A stretch of DNA of 37,601 nucleotides from Hydrurus foetidus (lineage: Eukaryota): the NCBI GenBank assembly GCA_900617105.1, contig UYFQ01000194.1, positions 1 through 37,601 of the forward strand, read 5' to 3'. Of this stretch, positions 1 through 10,579 are shown in pieces. The notes below the pieces were generated by a model. The model had not been told where the DNA came from, did no database searches, and saw nothing but the letters and a program-made list of their open reading frames with translations. Each line of letters starts with the position of its first letter. Position 1 is the first letter of the stretch. Made by a program: the position numbers and the translations under genes.

Positions 1-1058
1 GGAGCTCCCCCGAACTCGGAGAAGCGAAACGTTTTCGCGGTCAATTGGGGTGGGAAAGCGGGTTCCGGTGGGAGAGGCGACAGAGGCCGCCAGAGCCAGA
101 GTCAAAGTGGAGCTGAGAAGGGAGGGTATGATACCCCCGGGAGCGAGAATATGGGGAGAGCAGGCACTCCTTATAGGGATAGGGAGGCCACCCCGCAGAG
201 AGAGAGGAGTGGTACCGTACATGAGTACGGTACGCGATATGGGAGCTGCAGTAAGTGCGGCGAGGAGGGCCACTATAGTTACGAGTGTAAGAAGCCCCCG
301 AAGAAGAACGCACCTGCGCGTCACCCTTCTTCGGAAAAGTAAGTCCCTAATATGTTTTTTTACCCGATTCACTAGCTAAGGATGTAATTGTTCCGTATGG
401 GGAAACCGGACTGCATGACGTATTTGCAACATCGACCGGTTACCCTGCGTTTGTGCTATTGTTAGATAAAGCATGCAGATTGGAGAAATTTTGTCCACTG
501 AACAGTAAAAACTGTGGGGGTGACCCTGTGATTTTAAGTGCAAATGTACCACATTCACAGTACCACATTCACAGAGAGGCAAGTATTGTTAGATACATGC
601 GCAGTAGAGTCAGTATTTTATAGTAGAGATTTATTTTATAGTATTATGCCGTCCGCTACCCCGATGATCATTAATGGTGTAAACCCTCAGGGGGGCCCCT
701 TAATAATCACGGAGTGTGGCTAGACGGATTTCGGAACACTTTATTTGGATGGCAATTGTATAGCTAATATTTTAAGTTTTGGTAACATAGTTAGCGTGAG
801 CGGGTCACTTAGCTATGATAGTTACCAAGATTGTTACAAAGTTAAAATGATGAAGACAGGATCTGTTTATAGATTTGTCCATGATCAGTCTACGAACATA
901 TATCTATGCGACTTAGACAGAAATGTTAATTACAGGAATGTATCTTTCTATAAAGCGATCATGGTCATGACAGTTAGAGATACGAAGAAGTTGTACACAG
1001 CTAGACAAGTTAAGTCAGCAGAGTTAGCTAGAGAATATCAGAGAAAGTTAGGTTACGC
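1..1058 (+). mobile_element. Degraded Ty1/copia-like retrotransposon fragment (gag zinc knuckle, aspartic protease, start of GAG-pre-integrase region), cut off at 1058 by an LTR-like insertion
   Basis: CCHC knuckle CSKCGEEGHYSYEC (ORF 151-342); protease-like QVLLDTCA...ANILS (ORFs 538-723 and 745-1071, in frame across a TAG); 'YTARQVKSAELAREYQRKLGY' resembles the pre-integrase segment of copia elements; stops and a 14-bp tandem duplication at 546-573. Confidence 0.75.
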
Positions 1059-1273
1059 TGTGATGGTATAGGATTTAGTACCACATTTCTACCCTCCCTA
1101 GTACCGTATAGCCGTTTGTATATGTGGCTGAGAGTTCTACTGACATCTCGCAGCATGTTAGCCTACCTTGCAATTCTTACATGCAGAGTTTTACACCTCT
1201 GCAAGCCCACCCCCTCTTCTCCCGTTGTAAGCTAAACTACCTTTCTGCACCTTTCTAGCTTCATTGGACTACA
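1059..1273 (+). repeat. Putative LTR (~215 bp, TGT...ACA) of an element related to the gypsy at 8722-14796
   Basis: Starts TGT where the copia homology ends and finishes 'cattggactaca' (vs 'cattaggactaca' in the 218-bp gypsy LTR). Shared internal words (atttagta, agccta, tgtaa..ctaa). Followed by the same kind of AGATCT-centred palindrome and a pyrimidine tract. Confidence 0.6.
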
Positions 1274-1749
1274 GTAGATCTACTCGTTCCGCTTTCCCTT
1301 CTAAATTTTACTACTTCGCCCTCTTCTGCCATACATCTATTTAGCTAGAATTCTGTTCACGCGACCCGCCGAGTTACCAGAAGTCCTTCCAAAGCTTTTG
1401 GTTGAAGAACTCAGGATTGGAGCAAACGCTGTCAAACAAAGACACGTTTGGCGTCAAGCCACTCGACATCGGTGAAACATAGGTATCCCCTATCTGAATT
1501 TCATAAGCCGACCAAGACTTCCAAGCTCCAAGAAGTCCTCGGCGCCTTCAAGATCTTCAATGGAGGACAAACTCAAGATCTTCAAGGATAAACCCGATCG
1601 CCACGTCGGTTGCCAGCTATAAGCCGTTTCGACACCAGCTGAAGAACAGAAGTCAATTCCTATTTCGAAGTAATCCCCTATCTGAATTGCAAACATCGAC
1701 AGGATTTCAAGCCTGTTTCAAGACTCAAAGCAGCTCTCAACTGCTTCTT

Positions 1750-2451
1750 AGGATCCTCCAACAGCGTTGAGTGATATTTCTTACTTGCAGTCTTCCATCT
1801 CTCTATGGCACCCATACCGGCTTCTTCTGGAGGGTCTGCTGGCTCCACCAATTCTTATCCGAAAAGGACTCCATCTATTCCAATTACTTCTTTCACTGTA
1901 GATTCAAAGTTAGTATACATCCATACTCTAATACATTCAAGCCATTTCTATACAGCTTCTGGATCTGCCTGTTGACCTCTCGGCAGATCCAGGTAAGCAC
2001 CTACCTCGGGTTTCCTACCTTTTGCTATCGGCTTACGGGGCTCTTTTTGGCCCCTATCATATCGACCCCTGCCCCCACCACGGGACTGGAATCTTCCATC
2101 GCCTCGTCCTCTCATCCTTGCAACTCCTTTGCAACTTCTAGCTAGGCTATCTAAGGATGACTGTCGTTTATGTTGGAAATCTTGGCGATTTACACGGAAT
2201 TTTCTCCGAGTTCCAAACGATCCCTGCACTTCCGACTGCTAGCAACGCTTGCTCAAAAGAGAAGACAACGTCCTATTCAGTAAGTTGGACTAAACGACAG
2301 TGACGTGCTGTCTATTACATATAGGTAGTATAATATGAGTGCGAGGGTTGCGGCCAATGTTATCGCTGAAAGTACGTACACCCGTGCCTGAAAACAATCA
2401 TGCATCACACAGGGTACAAGATCCTAGTCTAATCCGGATAATATCCCAACA
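1750..2451 (-). mobile_element. 5' portion of a degenerate LTR retrotransposon on the minus strand (short LTR 2358-2451, PBS-like TGG, decayed gag-like frame)
   Basis: Minus strand reads TGTTGGGA...CGATAACA (94 bp), then T-TGGCCGCAACCC, then an RGG-rich ORF (1948-2229) that continues through stops; left boundary approximate. Confidence 0.45.
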
Positions 2452-2749
2452 TAAAGTGCAAGAAAAATCGAGCTATATATAGTTATCCGACGAGCTAAGG
2501 CCACTCCTTATCGCGCACCTGAAATACGAGTTTTATTGAATCTCGTGTCGAGAAATATGCTTTCTGTCCCCTTATCGCGCAAGAAATACGAAGATAAAAC
2601 TCGATAACGCCATATACGAATATCTGGCGCAGGAAAACTGGTCCATTCTCGTCTCGATCTAGTGACGAGTTTCCTCAAGATGAGTTAGATCACAGTGCTG
2701 TCTGAGGCAATTAAATTTGACAATTATGGTCTATCAAGTCCAAAACATT

Positions 2750-2918
2750 AAGAATTTCCAATATGTCTGCATCGCCAGGCAGGTCTTGCTGTTTGCCAAG
2801 AACGTGAAATGTGCAAGGAGGAAATTGAGCGAGAAATATTCCAAGAATTCAAATTGGCATGTGCGGCATCTTGTTTATCACCTGCGTTAGAGGGAATTGA
2901 CAGAGCTGTCCTACTGAG
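2750..2918 (+). pseudogene. N-terminal remnant of the Harbinger accessory ORF of element A
   Basis: AGLAVCQEREMCKEEIEREIFQEF...LEGIDRAVLLR matches element B ORF2 AGLAVCGEQEMKKKEVEKEIFEEF...IQGINREILLR. Confidence 0.8.
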
Positions 2919-2920
2919 GT

Positions 2921-3937
2921 CGAATCTACCCTTAAGTATACCAAAGCAACACTCCACATCCTTGCGAACCGACTCAATCCACTTACTCCATGAAGCTTCC
3001 TTAATTTTGGACGTGTGTTTCATGGGGCTCTGTAAACACCTCCACTTATGGTAGCCACCATCCATAATAAGGTAGAGTCCTGTCTGTAATCTAGGAACAC
3101 CTTCTTCATCGAGAAGTTCGAAAGTTTCATTTTTCTGTCATGAATGGAGGTAACGTATCCATCAAACTTCACAGTAGTCTTATCGTTCCTTGCTCCCGGA
3201 TGGCCTTGTGTAACACCAATCATTTTCTTGCTGTGATCAACTGTTACTTCATGTGATAAAGTGGGATATCCCTCTTTCCCCTTGTGAAGTGATCGACCTC
3301 CCGCTGGACAACGTCCCCATCTGATATGCACGCAGTCAGTGCTCCCGATGCATCCAGGAAGACCCATTCTAGCATAAACTCCCGTTGTGTGCTTGATTTC
3401 TTCCACAGTTGTTGGTGGAGCGCAGTAGATGCTGAAGTACTTTGCTGCGAAGAAGGCGCAGAACTTGTGAAAGAACTGTCTCAACACCTCCGCACTGATG
3501 AAGCATAGCTCCTCAACCCCGTCAAAGCAGTATCCTCGTCCAAGGACACGCAACACGCTTAAAATTTTCAGTTCTAATGGTGCTGCAAAAGTTCCCATAG
3601 CATCTCGCCCCTCAGTAAACCAGTCATTCTCTCGTGTCATCCTAAGAACTTCCACGTAAACTGGAAATGGCACTCTAAATCGTCTTCTGAATAGTTGTCC
3701 TCCTTTCCTATCATGAGGGTCCTTGAAACGCGGATGAGCTAGCATCATTCCCCAGGTTGAAAATTCATATTTAGGTCTTTGCTCGAATTTCATTCGCTTA
3801 AATTCTTTCCTTCTCTTGACCTCGACAATGGAAGGAACTACCATATCCCTCATTTTAACAACAAGATCAGCTCGACGCTTCATCAGCATGGAGTGCCTGT
3901 GAATGATAGCCCGGAGAATCACTTTCTCGAAGTGCAT
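2921..3937 (-). pseudogene. Harbinger DDE transposase of element A, frameshifted (~3120-3140) and truncated after GILKGRF
   Basis: ORFs 3020-3937 and 2748-3065 align with the intact 468-aa transposase (FRRRFRVP, GCIGSTDCVH, GARNDKT, DGGY, ESVRKDVECCFGILKGRF). Confidence 0.9.
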
Positions 3938-4387
3938 CTTGATGGTCTTTCACTGTTTGAACTGTGACGAAATGCGACTGATGATTAATTTAGAGGATGT
4001 TGACTACGCTGCATCCAGTTTTTGAAAAGCCGAAACTCGCATTTTGTCTTCAACATGGTAAGGAGTGACCCAACGAGAAACAAACTCGCTCTCGTGAACA
4101 TACCGCGACAAAGAGTAAGGCTATTCCTTATCGCGCCCCTTATACGAGAACGAGTTTTAGGTTTTCTCGTAATCCAAAATAAGATTCCTTCTTCCGTGCG
4201 ATCTGCCCTTATCGTGATACGAATACGAGAAAACTAGCTTTTCTCGTATTTGCACTCCTTATCGTGACAGTTGTAGACGAGTTTACAAAACTTGTTTCTC
4301 AATGCTTTGCTAGCTCTTTGTACATCGATCAACTAAATCTTTGCATATCTCTTTAAACGCATTGGAATCGTTTAAAGTCATCCAACG

Positions 4388-5794
4388 ATGCACTTCAAGA
4401 AGCAGTTTATTGAGGCCATCGTCCGTCATCATGTGACATTGAAGAAGCGCAGAGCTGAACTAGCTGCACAATTTAAAGAAGCTGTAGTTCAATCAGTGTT
4501 GTCAGTCAAGAGCAAAAGAATTTTCTCACAGAGGAGATTTGAAAGAAGACCCAATTATGATCAATCAACATGGGGGTTAATGTTGGCAAATCCCCGTTCT
4601 CAAGATCCATCAGATAAGAAAGGTGGCCAACTCTTCCGACGTCGTTTTAGAGTCCCATTTCCTGTCTACCTAGAGGTTCTTGCGATGACACGCACTAGTG
4701 GATGGTTCACTGAGGGTAGGGATGCGATTGGGTTGATGGCAGCACCACTGGAGCTCAAGGTTTTGGGTGTCTTACGCGTCCTAGGAAGAGGTTATTGTTT
4801 CGATGGGGTAGAAGAGTTATGTTTTATAAGTGCTGAGGTGTTGCGGACGTTCTTTCACAAATTCTGCGCATGTTTTGCAGCAAAGTACTTCTCCGTCTAC
4901 TGCTCACCGCCTGATACAGTAGAGGAAATTAAGCATACAACAGATGTCTATGCTCGAATGGGACTACCTGGGTGCATTGGAAGCACAGATTGCGTCCATA
5001 TTAGATGGGAGCGTTGCCCTGCTGGAGGTCGCACTGGGCACAAGGGAAAAGAGGGATATCCCACCCTTTCGTACGAGGTCACTGTTGACCACAGCAAGCG
5101 TATAATGGCTGCAACACAAGGGCATCCTGGAGCAAGAAACGATAAGACGATCGTGAAGTTCGATGGCTTCGTTACAGCTCTTCATGATGGTACACTTTAC
5201 AATGACGTCGTTTACGATTTGCTAGACAAAGATGGGGTTCCTAGACAACAGAAAGGATTGTATCTAATTGTGGATGGTGGCTACCATAAATGGAGGTGCA
5301 TGCAATGCCCCATGAAGCACACTTCTAAAATCAAAGAAGCCTTATGGAGCAAGTGGGTGGAGTCTGTTCGTAAGGACGTTGAGTGCTGCTTTGGCATCCT
5401 GAAAGGAAGATTCAGGTGTCTCAAACTTCCTATTTATTATCAGTCCAAAGATGTGATTGACAACATTTTCTTCACCTGTTGTATACTGCATAATATACTA
5501 TTGAATGTTGATGGATATGATTCTCGATGGGAAGATAATGTTAACTGGAAAGGCATGAATGGACATCATGCCGATGAGGACTTGACTATTTTTAAAAAGC
5601 ATTGGAAGAGAGCTGAAAATTTGGTGGGGACAACTGACTACACATTGCAAGGAGTCAATGCTATTAATAACCGCTATGATATTTTCCATGATGGGGGAGA
5701 AGAAGTGCAAGATTCACATTTTATTTTGAGAAGCAAGTTGGTTGAACATTACAATATGAAATACCAAGCACATGAGATTGAATGGTTGACGTGA
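4388..5794 (+). CDS. PIF/Harbinger DDE transposase (Plant_tran/DDE_Tnp_4-like), intact 468 aa
   Basis: Uninterrupted ORF with FRRRFRVP, GSTDCVH (D), GARND, YLIVDGGY (D), VRKDVECCFGILKGRF (E), CCILHN. Confidence 0.93.
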   Translation: MHFKKQFIEAIVRHHVTLKKRRAELAAQFKEAVVQSVLSVKSKRIFSQRRFERRPNYDQSTWGLMLANPRSQDPSDKKGGQLFRRRFRVPFPVYLEVLAMTRTSGWFTEGRDAIGLMAAPLELKVLGVLRVLGRGYCFDGVEELCFISAEVLRTFFHKFCACFAAKYFSVYCSPPDTVEEIKHTTDVYARMGLPGCIGSTDCVHIRWERCPAGGRTGHKGKEGYPTLSYEVTVDHSKRIMAATQGHPGARNDKTIVKFDGFVTALHDGTLYNDVVYDLLDKDGVPRQQKGLYLIVDGGYHKWRCMQCPMKHTSKIKEALWSKWVESVRKDVECCFGILKGRFRCLKLPIYYQSKDVIDNIFFTCCILHNILLNVDGYDSRWEDNVNWKGMNGHHADEDLTIFKKHWKRAENLVGTTDYTLQGVNAINNRYDIFHDGGEEVQDSHFILRSKLVEHYNMKYQAHEIEWLT

Positions 5795-6045
5795 TGTAAT
5801 TAATCGTTTCTTTTTTCTCTTCTTATCTTTGCTATTATTTGGTGTCTGTCACAGCAGTTTTTGACGTCAATATCACAAAAATGGCCGCCCAAAAAATCGA
5901 TTCATACTCCGTGCTTTTGCAAATGTTTCCAAAGTTTGACATTTGATAAAAACAAAATTTTGAATTATTCAATTCTGATCATTACAACTATCAAAATTTA
6001 CACCCTAGACGTAGCCACGCTACTTCGTAGACGTGATTTAATTAA

Positions 6046-7559
6046 TTATCTCTTCACTCTTCTTTTCTTGTTGTTTGTCATCATTTGAAAGACATCTTCT
6101 ACAGGACTATTGCATGCAGTAGCAGGGATAGCAGGAGCAGGAGATTTAGTTGCAGCTTTCTTCTTAGACTTCGAAGAAGTTGGGACAGATGAGTAAGATG
6201 AAGTACATGGAGGGTCAGGCATACGTAATGGACCAGTGAGAGTAGCAGACACAGCAGGATTAGTAGGTAAGGTAAACTTAGAAGATGATCGGCGAGGTGA
6301 AGAGCGAGTTGGAATATTATCAGAAGGAGTGGGAGTGGATGTTTGGATTTGAGGCGATACACTTGAGTCCTCTGAATCAGAATCGGCCGTATCAACGGTA
6401 GAATCTACGGCCTGGTTGTTGTCCGATCGGTTGCCTTGGTTGTTGCTATCATCGTTATCTTCATCAGCAATATCGTAACCACATTCCGATGCTGCCTCAT
6501 CTCCCCATATCTCAAGAGTTTGTGGTCTATCATGCGGGTCCTCCTCGTTAGTTTCAGTTGTTGCTAAAAGCGTTGCCGACGTTGGAATGTTGAATATCAC
6601 CTCTACCTCCTCATCAGAGTCCTCGACTTCGATTTGGACAATCAAAGGATTACGAATGAGCGCCTTAATCTCCTGAGTGATTGCCTCTTTCTCTGCATCA
6701 TCTTCTTCAATTTCCCGTAAGAATTTTAATTCAGAGAGTCGTTTTTGACGATCCTCCATCATATTGCTGTGCTTCAGCTGTGCATTGAGTTCACGACTAA
6801 CTTTGCGGTCCTTCCGTAGATTCGTTGGTTGCTCTTTGGAGGCAATCTTCCTAATTGCATCTTCCTTGACTCGCTGGTCATGTCGCTGATCCTTACGATT
6901 CTTAAGCTTCTTCACGGCCTTGTCATCGGCAGACGTTCCCGGCCCATTTGATTTCCTTGAAGTTTATGTGAAGTAGATCTATTAGGTGTAGAAGAAATGA
7001 CAATGATGTTGAGTAGAGGAGGTTGAACATACGCTGCGTAGAAGAGAGGCACAGGTTCGTTGGCTGCTGCACCAAAGACAAGAAACACCCTCCACTCCAT
7101 TGGAGACCAGTTCGCAGGACATATTTTAGTTGACTTAGGATTCTTTGCTAACTCCTGTCTGAGGAAAACATCCTTTCTCGTCTTCTCAATTATCTCCTCT
7201 TTCGACTTCCCTGATGGCAATTGCCCACCAGGAAGGTTCTTCATATAGAGCTCAGTAAAGTCATTCACAACAACCCTTTTGATTTCTCCAAATTTTCTCC
7301 AAACGGATTCTCCATCGTGGTAGTCATCCTCCTTACACACTTTCACAACATAGTTCTTTTAGCGGAGAAGGATTTCTCTGTTGATACCCTGGATTTCGAG
7401 AGATAACTGAAGGGCATTCACTGCCATCGTGAATTCCTCGAAGATTTCCTTCTCGACTTCCTTTTTCTTCATTTCTTGTTCGCCGCAAACAGCCAGACCG
7501 GCTTTGACAATACAGACATATTGAAAGCTCTTGATATCATGGACTAGAAACATGTTCAA
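6046..7559 (-). pseudogene. Harbinger accessory (ORF2, putative DNA-binding) protein of element B, disrupted
   Basis: ORFs 7359-7559 and 6912-7346 are in frame across one TAA (7359-7361). Frame change and a possible intron (GTATGT 7032...TAG 6979) precede ORF 6046-6915 (coiled/acidic/Ser-Pro rich, C-terminal KKRRVKR). Homologous to ORFs in elements A and C. Confidence 0.72.
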
Positions 7560-8018
7560 TTGTGATATTTATGATGAAGCAGCACAATTAATAGCGCTGT
7601 CAGGAAACTCGTCATGAAGAAACGCGGCACAGGATCCAATCGAGTATCCAGTCGTTTTCTCGTGGCAGAAATGCGAAAATCATGGAAACGAGTTTCTTTC
7701 TCGTATTTTTGGCGCGATAAGGTGTCAAAATACGAGTTTCATGTTACGAAAGTGAAAAAAACTCGTATTTCGGGGCGCGATAAGGAGTGGCCTAAGGCCA
7801 AACCTTATAGCGCACCGGATCACACATTTTTAATCGAAAATTCGTCATCCTGCCAACTTTCAGACCCATATAGCGCCTCGGAATCGTATTTTGAATTTCG
7901 TATTGACTGATTTCAACAATTCGTAACGAGATATGGGGCACTTCTTCGTAATCCAATTCTCGTTTTGGATGACGATATTGAGATTACATTCAAATCACAT
8001 TCAAACACCAATATCTCA

Positions 8019-8507
8019 ATGGCGGCAACAAAGCGCCAGTTGCTGGTCGTCAGATCCAAACAGTTCTTGTTGATTGCCCGAGCGGGCATGTCAATTCCAT
8101 CATATGAAATGTCGCTCGGGCAAATCCAAGACAAAATGATGACGCAAATGCATAGTCATGTATCATCCTTCATCCAGCCGGCTTCCATACGCCTTTTGAA
8201 CAAAGACAAATACCTTCGGACCTGCAAATTTATGAATCCTAGCGTCGAAGTGGATGATGAGCACACGGGCATCAGTTTATGGAGGAAATACGCCGATATC
8301 AAAAAATATGTTACCAATAGCATTACTCCCTTCTATTTCAAATGTCTGGGGAAGGATGGTCTTATTCCTTCGGGAAAATCAAAGGAGGAGATTCTATACA
8401 AGACTCGGGAGTTGCTGTTCAAGTCTGAACAGGAAGCTGCGAAGAGCCGTTCGAAGAATCCTAGAGGATACGTCGTGAAAGAATTCTCCCCTGATTGGTA
8501 TCCTATG
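8019..8507 (+). pseudogene. Truncated accessory ORF2 of Harbinger element C
   Basis: SLWRKYADIK...IPSGKSKEEILYKTR...DWYPM aligns with B ORF2 SVWRKFGEIK...LPSGKSKEEIIEKTR...NWSPM; homology ends at the deletion junction. Confidence 0.82.
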
Positions 8508-8721
8508 AACACAGTCTGTACTGCCAATACATCCAGGGAAACCCAATCTATCGTAGACGCTTAAAGTCCTGTTAACCTCATCATCAGTCAAAGGTGCGTT
8601 GCAGTAAATCTCGAAATATTTCTTTGAAAAGAGAGAGCAGAAAGAGTGAAAGAAAATCCTGTTGCATTCAGCACTGATAAAGGAAAGCTCCTCAATTCCA
8701 TCGAAACAATAACCTCTACCC

Positions 8722-8939
8722 TGTAGCCATATGCCATTTAGTATGGCATTATGAGCTTCTAGGACTATCGGTCTACAGATCGGTCTACAGGGTCGTAGGC
8801 TTCCAGCCTAACCCTTACAACGTGTACTCTGCTATCATCTAGCTAGTCCACGTAGAAGTTACCCTAGCTACGGCTTTCCCCTGTAACTAAGACTTCAGCT
8901 CCTCTCCTTTCCTTTCTCTCTTTTGCCATTAGGACTACA
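8722..8939 (+). repeat. 5' LTR
   Basis: Direct repeat of 14579-14796 with one visible mismatch (8810 A vs 14667 C). Confidence 0.95.
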
Positions 8940-9510
8940 ATAGATCTATTCCGTCCACCCTTCTTTAGCTAATACCTCCGAATTCTACCTCTCCTTCCCG
9001 ATACGCCACCTCCAGATCCCAGCCTCTGTCAACAGAGACGCGGACTCGAGTGAGCCTTCGTGGATTAGTCTTTTCGTTACTTTAAATCCATCTCAGCGAT
9101 TAAGTTCGTCTGCAGACGATTTCTTTGGGGATTTTCATCGAGACCAGTTTCGTCGGTTTAACTACCACAACTTGGAGCCTCGAAGCTTTCGAGCTTGTGC
9201 ACTTTCTAGTTAATTCTAGATCGTTTTGCACGATTGCCAAGGGTTAGTGAGCAACGTTAAATCGTTTTCTCGCCTCAACTGTGCTTGGTTGGCTTTAAAT
9301 AGCTGTTCTCACCGAGATTTTTGACGCGTCGAAAATCTCGACTTCACATCATCTAACTGCTTCGTTTCTGACTGCCTGCTGTTGTTTTCAAGGTTTTCTA
9401 CCTTACAACACAGGGGGGAAACTCTGGCAAAAAATTTTCCAGAGTTAACTCTCTTCAGAAAAGTTTTGACAGTAATATCTCTTAAACTATATCAAGCTTA
9501 ATTGCTTGAT

Positions 9511-10148
9511 ATGTCGAGCGGCTCTTCTAACACTGATCCCGGCTCGGGAATATTGCGAACTCCTGATGGCTTTCAAACAGCATCGGGTAGATTGCGTCAA
9601 CAGCAATCACAGTCGAGTAATTCTTCGACAAATCAACGCTCGGGTTCATCACCGATAGCATTTGATAATCGTCGTTCGCAGGGTTCATTACCTGACAATG
9701 TACGTCGCCCTCAGTCTTCGACTGTTCAATTACAACAACCTTTGTTCGTATTGAAAGGGCCGCACATCTCTCCTGAAGAGGCTGTTCTGTTTAAGACACA
9801 GGCGATACGTGTCCCTGACATCGGATCGTTTACGCCAAGAACAAACGCGGGTCAGTTGCGTCAACAACGATCGTAGTCCAGAGTTATTTCTCTTCTATCG
9901 CATAACGCGCTTAATTGCTACTTATCGGGGATGTTTCCCAAGGGATATACTCCACCAAAGCTCTTCTTCATGAAGAATTCATCGTCGACATGCGCCTTCG
10001 CATTGAGCGCCATGCTTTCGACAAGAGCAATCGTCAAACCTTCTATTGCATTGCAAAAGGATTTGTTCGAAGGTGTGATGTCACTCCGTACAGCTCTCAG
10101 CTGGAAGCTTTGAAGGCAGAACCCTTCTTACTAGACCAGACTGTATGA
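9511..10148 (+). pseudogene. Broken gag-like region of the gypsy element
   Basis: Ser/Gln-rich ORF from ATG 9511 at the expected gag position, then short ORFs in changing frames; no knuckle seen; assignment is positional. Confidence 0.45.
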
Positions 10149-10579
10149 CTCCGTACCACGCGTGTTATCAGACCTTCCTGGCTTTATCCCATAACTCGAA
10201 TCGGGGACTTTTTATTAAACTGTGTAGTCCACTTTTAATCCCCTAACGCACAAGGTGAAGGGGCGATTCGAACCAACGATCTGTTCGTTGCGGGTTGATC
10301 CCAGGCAGCTAACCACTTAAGCGATAGCTGGTTCGTGCTTTTCATGTAAAATGTAAGCCTTTCAATACCGTTATTGGGCATTGTAACATACTCTGCGTAC
10401 TACTACTTACGCGAGTCAATTTTTGTGTCGGTGTACATACATCTCGAAAATGCACACCGGATTATAAATATTTTTTTTCAAAAAAATTATTTTTTTTTCG
10501 AAGTGATATGCAAAATTGAATTAATTGCATCACAATTGAATCCAATGCTTTACATCTTTGCTATACTTCACTTATACCT

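Larger units (their letters stand above)
4119..7792. mobile_element. PIF/Harbinger element B, full length (3674 bp), two convergent ORFs
   Basis: 21-bp TIR GGCTATTCCTTATCGCGCCCC (4119-4139) / GGGGCGCGATAAGGAGTGGCC (7772-7792), 2 mismatches; TAA at 4116-4118 and 7793-7795. Confidence 0.92.

Noticed and set aside
7359..7361. In-frame TAA/TAG stops in several TE ORFs suggesting a reassigned genetic code
   Set aside because: Long ORFs (857, 468 and 451 aa) contain no internal TAA/TAG, and TAA/TAG terminate pol, the ice-binding genes and the kinase; these are decay mutations
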